Part shown: positions 1-11,769 of the stretch, piece by piece
Layout of the letters: every line of letters begins with the position of its first letter
How positions within the stretch are numbered: position 1 is the first letter of the stretch
Origin: Lama guanicoe
Taxonomy: Eukaryota
Direction: 5' to 3'
Assembly: GCA_013239625.1 (NCBI GenBank)
Contig: MU057342.1
Coordinates: 11,072,556-11,136,555 of the forward strand
Length of the DNA stretch: 64,000 nt
Notes under the pieces: model-generated
Told to the model about the DNA's origin: nothing
What the model saw: the letters and a program-made list of their open reading frames with translations, nothing else
Database searches by the model: none
Translations under genes and position numbers: made by a program

Positions 1-329
1 TATCAGTACTTCAGCTTTGTGATTTTTTTTTTAATTCCTTGATAAAGTAAAGCCTGCCTGGCAACCCAGAATATTTAGGCTGAAATCAGACTCATGTTAA
101 TGTAGAAAAGATTGTCAGCTGGTCACCTTTTTAGTCACTGCCAAGAAATTCAATTACTGTTAAAAACAGACTGCTAAAATTCACATCCAATTTATTGCAA
201 CATAAATAAGGAAATTTTCACCTGCGATAACAGCAATGCTGACTATTGGGTTTAAATCACGTGAAGGAGAAAGGAATTTATCTTTATCTAGTTTCCATAA
301 TACCAGACACTTGAAAATTTTAAGTCATT

Positions 330-497
330 TAATTATCACAGCAATCCTGTGATTTAAGTTTTCTTACATTTATTTTACAGAAGAGGCTAATTTATCTCAA
401 GACTAGGTAAATTGACCAAGTTCTCATATTTGGTAAATGGAGAACCAGAATTGACTACTGATAATTCTGACTCTAAAACCGAGGTCTGGCGCTATAC
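330..497 (-). mobile_element. MIR SINE, degraded
   Basis: Matches the reverse complement of the MIR core (cacagcaatcctgtga...ttttacagaagagg...ttgaccaagttctcata...tggagaaccagaattga...ctgactcta). Confidence 0.7.
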
Positions 498-780
498 AGA
501 GAGTTTGTTTTTGTTTCTGTTTTGTAATCCAGATAGTTCACCTGTGGTAGTCTTAAAATTACTCACAACCTAAAGAACAAAATCCTTGAGGACCATGAAA
601 TTAAGAAGATTAAAAATGAGAAATACACATGCTTTTCTCCTCTATAGTGACTATGGTAGAAGATGAAATAAGAGATAACAAAGAATCGGAAAAAGTACGC
701 AACTGAATACTCACTGAGGCCGTGTTTTCCAAACCAAGAGTCAGGACAAAAGTTTTAAACATATGAAATAGAAGTAATAT

Positions 781-816
781 GTGTGTGTGTGTGTGTATGT
801 GTGTGTATGTGTGTGT
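781..816. repeat. (GT)n microsatellite with GTAT interruptions
   Basis: gtgtgtgtgtgtgtgtatgtgtgtgtatgtgtgtgt seen directly. Confidence 0.95.
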
Positions 817-1064
817 TTATACTGGCATCTTTCATATTATTTGTAAATACCAAATAAAAGTCATGATTTTTTACTGACTTTCAAGGGAACATTTTAATTA
901 TTCCACAAAATAACATAATCATAAAATCAAATAATACAAAAAATATGTGAGGACAGAAGTAAGAACTTCTCATAATCCTACAGTACAAAAATAGCCATTG
1001 CTAAGTGGCAGCTTCCCAGACTTCTTTCTATTCATGTACATAAGATCACAGTAGCGCTTAAGAA

Positions 1065-1160
1065 AACAAAGGTTGGGTGAATTGGCCAAGCTCTATAGTT
1101 AGTGACATGACGCAGGGTTTGAACAGGTATCTGTTTAACTCCCACAATAATGTTCTTTCT
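1065..1160 (-). mobile_element. MIR fragment
   Basis: ggttgggtgaattggccaag...agttagtgacatgacgcagggtttgaacaggtatctg resembles the antisense MIR head. Confidence 0.55.
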
Positions 1161-1284
1161 ACCTCCTCATTTTGGCTGGAGTAGGGGAGGGATTGGGCGG
1201 AATACTCCAGAAACACAGAAATTGAGGGGAAGAGAGTTTTAATGTGTTTGTTTTTAAAACTTCTACAGAATTCAAAGTATTAGA

Positions 1285-1430
1285 TGTCTGATCCTGCCAT
1301 TTACTACTGTTTTCCTTTGAGCAAATAATTTAATTCCCCAGGCTGAATGCTTCCATCAATAAATAATGGCGATAAATCTCCAAAAGTTCTGAAAAAAGTC
1401 AATGACTCAGTGACTAAATGGAATTATATC
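1285..1430 (+). mobile_element. MIR fragment
   Basis: cctgccatttactactgttttcctttgagcaaataatttaattcc resembles MIR 'ctctgccacttactagctgtgtgaccttgggcaagttacttaacc'. Confidence 0.55.
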
Positions 1431-2314
1431 TCAGTACTTAAGAATATCAGTTTTAAAGCAACACAACATACTCAATATAAAAGTTCAACGCTATCCTTTA
1501 GAGCTATAAATAAAGAATTAAGATACCATTCGGGCCATGTGTACTGATAACCTATTCTGCAAAGAGGAATGATATTCAGTTCACCAAATAATAGTTAGCT
1601 GTTATACTTTCTGCTACATAATCTTGGTATTCTACCAAGTTTAAAAATAAATCTCTAACTCACCTTTAATTTACTCTCTCTCCTTACATTATTACTATAC
1701 CCTACTATGAAATGTCTCCCTATGCTCAATTAAAGTGTATTTTCAGCATTAGTACACCAAGGATCAGACAAAGGTCAAAGGGTTTCACATCTCATTATTC
1801 TTTTCCAAAAGCAGTGCCTAAAAATTACCCAGAATTTCCAACAATTCTTTCAGCCCTGATTCCAAGGGTGAGGATCTTTAATCATTCAAATAGCAATGGG
1901 TTCCAGTAGGTGCTGTTCATGAGGACACTGGGCTGTATTAAGTGAAGATATGCCCTCAACCAGGCAACAAAGAGGAGAGACTGCCCAGGCTTCATGTAGT
2001 GATAGGCCTACTGTGCAATGCAGTTATAACATCCTTTTGCCTTGTGGGATATAAAGGGATAAGTTTCTCATCAAGTCACATACAATCCAAGTGACCTGAA
2101 TTCTTAAAGAAATTTTCACCAAGTGATAATCACTTTCCCTCAAGGTAAATATGTGACTTTCCTTTCTGGAAAGGGTCCTGGGACCTTGCAATGTCTTGTT
2201 TAAGAATAATAATCATCATATATCACTCTCATCTATTTCCCAAAGAAGTAAAATGTTCTGACTGCTCAGCCTTGGGCACCGTTTCAGGATTTTCCTGAGA
2301 AATACCCATAATAT

Positions 2315-2510
2315 GCTATCACTCACTAATGATATAGTCTTAGGAATGTCATTAAACACTCTGGCCTTTATTTTCTCATTTACAAAATGCAGCTTATAAT
2401 GCCTATTTCATAAAATTGCTGTGAATATTAAATAAGATCAATTATATAAAGGCCTTCATTTAGTGACTAGCACATTGTAAATGGCCAAAAATTGAAACCT
2501 ACAATTTCTA
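2315..2510 (+). mobile_element. MIR SINE
   Basis: Core (ttttctcatttacaaaatg...cctatttcataaaattgctgtgaatattaaataaga) plus the 3' tail (tagtgactagcacattgtaaatggcc). Confidence 0.75.
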
Positions 2511-2900
2511 TTACTAGTCATAAACAATATTTAAATAGCTTTCTCCTCCCTCTTCTGAGAGGGCTATTACAATGTCTTTTCATTGTGTGTGCATGTGTGT
2601 TTTCTTGCAGTATTTTTTAAGGTGGCTGTAGGCTCATTTTGGCCCTTTTTCTAGAAGCTTTACAATACAGTTTTTAAAATCCTTTTAGGATCCATAATCC
2701 TGTTGAATCAGGAATAAAACATGTACTTAGGTTCAGGCAAACAATTGTTCAACAGAAGCCCCTTCAATTTTTAATTACTCCCTCTTCTCTCTCCAAATTC
2801 ACTGTTATTCTCTGATTTTTTAATCTTGAAAGCCATTCAGGGTACATTATTTATGTTATATTCAATAGGGGGAAAAAGAAGAAAAGGAATTTTATTCAGG

Positions 2901-3064
2901 NNNNNNNNNNNNNNNNNNNNNNNNNNNNNNNNNNNNNNNNNNNNNNNNNNNNNNNNNNNNNNNNNNNNNNNNNNNNNNNNNNNNNNNNNNNNNNNNNNNN
3001 NNNNNNNNNNNNNNNNNNNNNNNNNNNNNNNNNNNNNNNNNNNNNNNNNNNNNNNNNNNNNNNN
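2901..3064. other. N-run, 164 nt (gap or masked segment)
   Basis: Seen directly. Confidence 0.99.
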
Positions 3065-3884
3065 AATATGATTCAATAGAAGCTAAGGTAATTGAACATT
3101 AGCTATATGGTTCAGCCAGAAGAAATTTTCATCTACACTGAAGCTTTGGAGTCAAATCTTAGGCTATTATCCTTTGAGATACATTTTACTTGAAAAGAGA
3201 GTTAACTAAGTCGTTTCTTGAAATCCTTCACTGGCTTCTCAGTTTTCATTATTTGAAGACTGGAAGTCATGGAAGCCTTTGTCAGCGTCTCTCTTTTAAA
3301 TAGAGTACCAATAAAAGCATGCTCCACAATGCATATGTCTGAACAAGAAGAATGGCTACAAAGCCCATGGAATATTTTCCTCCACTTAAAGAAAAATCTA
3401 TTAATAGAAGTCAAAGAATAGTTATGATGCTGACCAATAACACATACCACATGCCATCATCTAAAGAGTTTATTATCCTTCAGGAAATGTACATCATTGC
3501 CTGATCCTGTTTCAGACTCACAGACAACCTCTGTCCCATCTAGAAGTTCATACTTGGTCTTCCTCAGGCATATCGTCCTGAAAGTAAAGTATTGAGAAGG
3601 TCCAGATGGGAATAGCAAAATAAAACGAAGGCCTATAATTAATCCTGGCTCTGTTTTCAAATGAAAAGTGAAGTCCATTTAATTTTAAAATGTTTTTCCT
3701 TTTGAGAAGTTACAAAAGATACAGTTGGATAAAGAAAGGGAGATTAGGGTATATAACAAAAATTTTGATGTGCTCATGAGCAAATATTGCATGAATGAAT
3801 GATTGAATGGAAAGTCATAACACTATTAGAAAATCTCAATAGATTTAGTATCCAAACCCCTTCTTTAAATATTTATTATTTATT

Positions 3885-3998
3885 ATATGTAAGTTTCATG
3901 AAGCTACTCTTTGTCTTTTTCAATACTGTATCTCCAGTGCCTAGAAACACACTTGACAGAGGTAGCTTCTTAACAAATTATTTGCTGAATGGATGAAT
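3885..3998 (+). mobile_element. L2 LINE 3' end
   Basis: tgtaagtttcatgaag...ctgtatctccagtgcctagaaac...tatttgctgaatggatgaat, the canonical L2 tail. Confidence 0.75.
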
Positions 3999-4080
3999 AC
4001 ATTTTCATTTTATTTTTATTTCCTTTTTAATCTTTCAATCATTTTTAAGGATGATTCACAATTATTTTTCTGAACCTTTG

Positions 4081-4121
4081 AGAATTCCCCTTTCAACACT
4101 CAGAATTCCCCTTTCAACACT
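4081..4121. repeat. Perfect 20-bp direct repeat, period 21
   Basis: agaattcccctttcaacact at 4081-4100 and 4102-4121. Confidence 0.95.
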
Positions 4122-6424
4122 AGAGAGACGAGTTAAGAGAAGATGAAGTTGTGATTCCTTAATAAAATTTTCATGCAAGAAATAATATTTGGCTAATTTA
4201 CACATAATACATGAATTAAGCCTTTGAGAAAACTAGTTTCTAGGTAACATCTTTCCTTATTAAATGGGCGAAATGCAAACATACACACATACTGGATATG
4301 CATTGACAATTTTTTTGCATCATCCTGATCACGAAATCATTGGGTAGAAAAGATAAGAGCGTGAAAACTTCCCTAACCATTTCATTTATAATTATAACAC
4401 AACACAATAATCAGAATTGCCTACACATTTACTTTTTAGGAAGAACAAGGGTAAAACCGTAGGTATGAAAGAAAGGTAGGCAGCAAGCAAATAACAAAGG
4501 AGAACAAAATGTCAAAATCCAAAGGAGGTCTCCATCTGGACTATGTTGTGTCAAATATATTTAATAAAAAAGTACTTTGTTACAGTGGAATTTCTTTTTC
4601 TTTTTGCAGAGGTTTAGTTGTGCTTTATTGAATGGTGAATTAAATGTGATATGTGCCAGAGATTGGTGTTCAATACCTTTCAAATTTATTTCTAAAATGA
4701 CATAATTTATTTTAAAACTCCCAAACCTCCACAACCACATTTCTGAGTTTCCAGACTTGGACTTTCAGAATAGAATACCTACTTCCATACCAGAGGCAGC
4801 TCTTGTTATGGTGGTTAAATGTTCAATAGCGAAAAATCGTTTTTCTTTCTTAAATTACCAAACACCTCTTTCATACCTTTCAAAGTGACCTTTTAAAGTA
4901 GAATGTGAAATGCATAAAAGAGTGTGTCTCTCCACAAGCACATATTCACAATGTCCTGGGGCATTATTTCAGGAAGGAAAATTCCTGATGTTTTAAAGTC
5001 AATTTTTAAAATGCTAAAGAAATAACTACATCATATAGCATTTAAGTACTTCTCTTTTACCATGTTAAATAAAAGGCACATCTAAATTTAGACATATGTA
5101 GATAAACATGCCAATCCCTGAAAAACCCTAGACCACAGAAGTTCTAGGGAAAAGTCTGTATTATATTAAACATGAGACTCCATTTCCTTGTTTTGAATTA
5201 TTGGTGTTGCTGTGGCAACAGCACAATAGAGAACTTTGTTGCACTCTCAGCAGAGCTATTTATATTATTTAACCTCTTCCCTGGGAGTTCTTCCTCTACT
5301 AAGTTCTTCCATTATTTTAATAAAGCAGTCCATTCAGAGTTTTCAAAAAAAATTGTTGCTAAATGTGAACAAACAAAACTTAGCTTTGAACCAGTTAGGG
5401 CAAACATTTTGGACAAGAAACTCATATCTTGAAGTGTTTTAAGAAACTGAATACCCATTTCACAGATCACAGAATTCTGGAATAAAAGGATACTTTCAGA
5501 AACTGAATAAAGTGGCATATGATTTCTAAATGCTCTGAAAATTAACCAAAATATCCAGAAATGGAAAATAGCTGGTTAATAATTAAAATACTCCAAAGAG
5601 AACTTCTCAAAGAAAAGTTCAAGATGGTATTCCTTCCTGATTATAGGATGGAGCAAGTGCAGTGACACAGACGTGGAAAAGGACTAATGTCATCTAGTTG
5701 CATAAAGATATACATGACAAAATTTCCTTTAATATTTACCGCTGGAATGGTTAAATTAACCAAGCAAAGAGATGAATTAACCAATTGGATTGAAACAAGT
5801 AACATACTGAATTATATAAACCATTCACTTTAAATTAGTAAATTGGCTAACCATTTAGTTGGAGCATAAACAAGACATTTTGATAAAATCTTTTGTACAC
5901 AGTAACCGAAATTAATTCCCATGTTTGGAAATTAACCAAGACAGTTGAAAGGAATTGATTAGGAAAGAGAAAATGAAGTAGGAAAATTAACTACCGATTA
6001 ATCTGTTCAAATGACTGAGAAACATCCGGGGTCAGGGGTGGTGTAAGACAAGTGCATAGAACCAGGCAGAAATGATCAAAATAAAAGAAAAAGACTATAA
6101 GTCCTATTTTTAAATGAAAAGCTCCTCTTCTCCAGTTTCATCTGTCATTTACCCCCGACACCCACTACTCCAGGTACAAGGAATTTCTCTTTCTTCTTTA
6201 AACAGCAAAGACCTTTTACTCTTCTACTCACCGCTCCACCTGTTGGCCCTTCTCCAACCCTTTTTTGCTGACAAGCTCACATTCACTTTTTTGGATCAGT
6301 TGTCTTCTCTGTCACCCCACCCAGTGTCCCCACTCAACCAGAGCTCATCACTGCTTCCTCAGCGCTACAGGCCATCATTGCTGCCTCTGCCTGAGTGCTA
6401 ACATCTTGTTATTATAAAGGGCTT

Positions 6425-6545
6425 TTTGTGTCTAGTCTCACACTAAACTGGGGCCTCCTTTAGGGCAGAATCCACAGAAAACTTATTCACTCATCTTTGT
6501 ACCTCCATTTATTTTAGAATTATGCTATAACTACTAAATGACTGG
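6425..6545 (+). mobile_element. L2 3' fragment
   Basis: tgtctagtctcacactaaactggggcctcctttagggcagaatcc...ttcactcatctttgtacctcc. Confidence 0.55.
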
Positions 6546-7469
6546 TAATAATGGTTTCAAAATGAACTGATAATTAGTAATATAAAACTATATGTTTGTA
6601 AAAATTACGTATTTCAAAATGTAAGTTTGCTCATATAAACAAATGCAAGAAGAAATTTAGGATAAAGAAAACAAGTGGTAAGGATACTGAAAAAGAATTT
6701 AGAAGGCAAAGACAAAGAAGCCACTTTTCACTGTGTACTATGACTGCAAGCAAACTTATTTAGTAAATACTTTCCTATTAAAATTTATTTTGAAGTGAGT
6801 ATTATAAAGGCTAAAATAATAAGCATTATTTCTAGTTTTATATTTGGCTCCTGAAAAATAAGCAAATTGGATAAGCTGTCATTTCTACTATTCATTATTT
6901 CATTATAAAATGTAACACCACCCACTTTCTGTGGAAGAAAAAAAATCACACATTCTCTCTTATTAAAACCTATGCCCTCTAGAGGTGCTCTGTCAAGTTG
7001 AGAAATGGCATGTCAGTAGACATAATATGCTGCAGAGACAGATGTCCCTATTCAAAATGCATGTACAATGATCAATCACAACTCAGAACATTCCTGAAAA
7101 CTCAAGTGCCACACTAAAAAAACAATTACAGAAAGACATGTTAAAATAATATCAAGAAGCAGATATGCACTGAATGCATTACCCAAGACATTCAAAAGAA
7201 TATTCGTAGAACATGAGAGGACTTTTTTGTTTGCTAAGGTTCCATATAAGAGTTTAAAATGTATTGTTAGAGGAATTAATGTGCCAAGGTCCAAACTTGC
7301 TCTAGGGGAACTCCCCCTTGCCTTATCCTACTTTGCTCCGAGCTATCCATTCAATATGCACACGTGGCCTGTCATTAACTTCATTTCTAGTTTCACATAG
7401 AATTTAGTATTTATTACTCTTAAGCCTGTCATTGATTTTATTTCAAACCTAAACACATAGCAGTCTAAA

Positions 7470-8410
7470 CATATTTTTGAGATTCATCCATGATTATTTA
7501 TACATATATGTATATATAATATGACTAATTTATTAATTTTTAAAATCACATAATATTCCATTGCATGAAAATACCTCAAATTATTTATCTGGATTCCTAT
7601 TAATGGGTATTTAGTTTGAGTCCAGTTTTCCAGTACTATAAACAATGATGAAATAAACATTCCTGTGCAAGTTTCTTTGTGTACACTATGAGAGAGTATC
7701 TCCATGGGATTATACCTCTCAGTGGAATTGCTGGGTCTTTTAAGATACACAACTTGATGACAAATGTATGAAAAAATTACTCTTTTCAGTGGTACTAACT
7801 TACATCCCCAGTATTGTGAAGTTTTCTACTGCTCCATATCCTCACCAACACTTGGTATTGTTGAACTTTGTATTTTGTCCATCTGATGTGTCTGAAACTG
7901 AGTAACAGTGTAGTTTTAATTTGCATTTCCCTGATCACTATTTTGGCTTTTAGTGGCCATTTGGATTTCATTTTATCAGTATTGACTATTCTTATTTGTC
8001 CTGTTTTTCCCTTCGGTTATTTGTCTTTCTTTTTGATATCCTGAATGCTAATCCTTGATCATATTTTTGTCATACACATATTTCTCTGGTCTTTGACTCA
8101 TTTCTTTTTCTCTTTCATTATACAAATTTGAAATTTAATATTATATTTATTGCTCATATTATCAGTCATTTCCTTTTCTGTATTTTGCTTAGAAAATTAT
8201 CCCATTCTCTATATCATAAAGATATTCTCCAATTTGCATTTCAAATTTAAATCCTTAATTCATCTGGGATTGCTTTTGAGCTTTTATGAGGTAGAGATGC
8301 AATTTCAACTTTTTTCCCAGTTCTATTTATTAAATAACTCATCCTTTTGATGATGAACAATGTCACCTCTATCATATATCTGGTTTTCATATATGTTTAT
8401 ATGCATATTG
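7470..8410 (-). mobile_element. Old L1 (L1M/L1ME type), end of ORF2 and 3' region
   Basis: Typical antisense L1 phrases: tttttgagattcatccatg, taatattccattgcatg, aaacattcctgtgcaagtttctttgtg, agtggaattgctgggtc, ccatatcctcaccaacacttggtattg, ttttaatttgcatttccctgat. ORF 7484-7750 (-) has decayed L1 ORF2 C-terminal character (TCTGMFISSLFIVLENW). Confidence 0.9.
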
Positions 8411-8820
8411 ATTCTGAATAAATAAATGACAAACTATCACCTCCTTTATAAAATGTTGTAGCATGTAAATGAGAAGTAAAATTCTATAATGATGGTGATC
8501 TATAAGCATACTACTGGGTATCATTTTGTTTCAATTTCAATTGTGCTAAAATAAACATATAAAAAAAATTGAGACAAGAATTACCTAAAACTTTAGAGAT
8601 GATTTCAAAACAAACTGTCTAAAAAGGGGAAGAAAATATTGCAGAAGGCTGCCTTTCAGACAATATCAAGAAGAGAAAGCTAAAACCAAGAGAGAAAAAA
8701 ATTTTAATTAAAAAAATCTGTCATAATAAAGGCTCTAGAATTACTTATCGGAGAAAAAACTTATGCCTACATCTCACTGACTCCTTGAAGGTGTTTTACT
8801 ACAACACACAAGCACACACA

Positions 8821-8864
8821 ATGTATGTATATGTGTATATATGTGTGTATGTGCATGTATGTAT
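8821..8864. repeat. (TATG/TG)n low-complexity microsatellite
   Basis: atgtatgtatatgtgtatatatgtgtgtatgtgcatgtatgtat. Confidence 0.85.
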
Positions 8865-9334
8865 TTATTTTCATCTTAACTATGCCCCTGTCAAGAAAGA
8901 ATTAATAGCAGAATATTAAAGGTTCAGAATATAATCTGGATACCGAAAGGTGTGTATCTTTCCAGATTAGAAACAGCACTCACCCAACACTGTTAAGACT
9001 TAAAAATAATATTTCTTTTAACAGAAAATGTTTGATCCAAAAGCGAAAACTAATATTCTTACTATAGCTAGCATTCATATTAGAAAAAAGTAATAAATAA
9101 ACATTTGGAATATTGCTGTTCTATAACAATTTATTGTGTAACTAAAATTCACATTTCCAAAATTCCATATTATCAAATCAGAACTCTTGGCAGTAAAAGA
9201 AAAACTGAGCATTTGATGCCCTGTCATTGTTCAGCAAATGTTGTACTACTCTACATTATTTGAGAATTGCCTCTGAAATTCTCTGATGCATCTTACACTT
9301 TACTCTTCAAGAGGCTGAAATTATGATTTCTGCC

Positions 9335-9790
9335 TTCATTCAGGCATGCATTAATTCATCAAACACTTACTAAATTTTATCTATGTGTTGGGCACTTCGT
9401 TAGATGCTAGAGATATTGTGGTAAATGGAAAATACCTGATTCCTGCTTTCACAGAAGCTTACAGGCTCCTGGAGAAGACAGAAATTAAAAAAAGAGTTCA
9501 CCACCCTGTATTAAAGTGCTGCGGGCAAGGGAAGCGCAGGGTGCTATGAGCACAACTGGGGACCCAAGAGACAAGGCATCATGGAATGCCCATCTTGAGG
9601 AAGTTCTGTTCAAACTAAGGCTTGAAGTAAACTCAGGAATTGAGGACCAAAAACGTGTTCAGACTGAGGGGAAGGCATGAGGTGTACAAAATGTGAGATC
9701 ACAGTATTTCTAGGATCCAAGCTAAGTCTATACAGTTGGATAAAGGAAAGCAAGAGGGAAATTAGTGCCAAGTGTTTGATCTTTGACTTC
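9335..9790 (-). mobile_element. L2 LINE 3' region
   Basis: ttcattca...ttcatcaaacacttactaaa...ctatgtgttgggcact...tagatgctagagata...cctgctttcacagaagcttacag. Confidence 0.8.
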
Positions 9791-10991
9791 TTACTCAAAC
9801 ATATGACAGCCTGAAATACATGAACTTTCAGGTCCAACATGATGCTGACAAGGCAAAACTGGGAACTCCTAACATTCTAAGCTGTGGATCTTTCTAGAAA
9901 ATATGTATGAACCTAAAATATACTTATGCAAGAGAGTTTGGATTAAATCACAAATAGCTCCAATGCAATCTCACTTAAATGTCCACATCCATACGTAGAG
10001 TATACATGCAGCTATATAGCTACATATGCGAATCCCTCTGATGACTGAGAACATGTAATTCTTTTAAAATCACACATTGTATACTTGCAGCATCTACATT
10101 TCCTCCCCTAATTATAGTTTCTACAAGAAAATTTTATTGTAAAATAATGACAAGGAATAATGGTAAGAGATGATCGATATTACACAAGGATGTTTGCAAT
10201 TCAGACAAACTATGGAGAAATTGTTTCTTCTACATTTTAAGGAATTTCCATATAATAGTTATAACATACTTTGAATATTTTTCCTAGTCATGTTTAGTAT
10301 ACCAAATCAATGTTAATACTACATTTGTTCTTGCCAAATAACAATCTTAAAACAAAAATCAAATAATATAATTATAAGAAAATTTGGGTAACTTAATTTC
10401 AGAAACAGCAAGTAGAGCTTGTAACTTATTCTTATCTTTTCACTAAAAAATGAACAAAATGTCATTTTAAATGGCCACATAAAATTCACTCAGACTTAGC
10501 TGGCTTTCTATTCATTTTATTTGGATTTTCTAGAGACCAAAGAAAAAGAAGGCATCTTGTCAATACAGAAGGTGCACATAAAATCTAATCGTAATGCCAG
10601 AAGCAACCAAGACTAATAATTTAGCACTTATCCTCCTGTTTTTGTTTTTTCACCTAAAAATAAGATATATATATATATATTAAAAAACAAATTATTCTTT
10701 CAGTTTATATCCAACTTTTTACAAAAATAGTATTACTTAAGAGATCTGCTAGATAACTTATTTTATGAATGTTTAATATTCCACAGCAGAAATTCTCCAT
10801 GTTAAGTTGGCTATTTTCTACATTAATAGGCATTCAGATATTTCTCTAATTTTTTTTTTTGGTTTGTGTAAATAATGCAGCATCAAGCCTTTTAATTCTA
10901 TGCTTATTCTACTAATAATATGGGAAATCATGGGCAGAGAAGGAGATAGTAAAATAAATCACCTTTCTTCTCTAAATCACATTTTAAAAAA

Positions 10992-11095
10992 ATTTATGCA
11001 AACAATTATTGAGGTCCAATGCTATATCAGGCACCTTGACCTTGAGGATACAGAGATGAGAAAGAACCAGTATCACTTGGCAGGAGCCCACTGCC
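10992..11095 (-). mobile_element. L2 3' end
   Basis: caaacaattattgaggtccaatgctatatcaggcacc...gaggatacagagatgagaaaga. Confidence 0.65.
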
Positions 11096-11100
11096 CATCC

Positions 11101-11322
11101 CAGTGGTTCTCAACTGGGATGACTTTACTCCACTGGGGACCTCTGGCAATGCCTGGAGACATTTTTGGTTGTCACAACTTGTGAGGAGGATGCTACTGGA
11201 ATTTAGTGAGTAGAGGCCAGAGATGCTGCTAAATATCCTACAATGTACAGGACAGGCCCCCACAACAAAAAATTACCAGTCCAAAAGGTCAATAAAAAAG
11301 GTGCTGAGGTTGAGAAATCCTC
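11101..11322 (+). mobile_element. MER20 non-autonomous hAT-Charlie DNA transposon, full length
   Basis: cagtggttctcaac...ggcaatgcctggagacatttttggttgtcacaact...gtagaggccagagatgctgctaaatatcctacaatg...gaggttgagaaatcct, with both TIRs recognisable. Confidence 0.95.
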
Positions 11323-11613
11323 AGTCAAGTCTTTTCCTGTAGTCTGCACACCTCTATCAAACTTAAGAGAGTTTCTCATTCCAACAATAACATTTAATAA
11401 GTTATAAAAGTCAGTGACAACACCAATAATCCCCATGAAACTACATATTTAGATGAACAGAATGGCCTAATTTTCATACTCATATTTCAAACACAATGAC
11501 TCCATATACTGATTAATGAACTCTGGAGACTGGCAAGTGTGGGAGTCTTACATCTGCAGTGTACACTTCAGGCTCAATTCAGTGGCGCTTCCTATATACT
11601 CTCTTTGAAACCT

Positions 11614-11769
11614 NNNNNNNNNNNNNNNNNNNNNNNNNNNNNNNNNNNNNNNNNNNNNNNNNNNNNNNNNNNNNNNNNNNNNNNNNNNNNNNNNNNNNNN
11701 NNNNNNNNNNNNNNNNNNNNNNNNNNNNNNNNNNNNNNNNNNNNNNNNNNNNNNNNNNNNNNNNNNNNN
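11614..11769. other. N-run, 156 nt (gap or masked segment)
   Basis: Seen directly. Confidence 0.99.
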
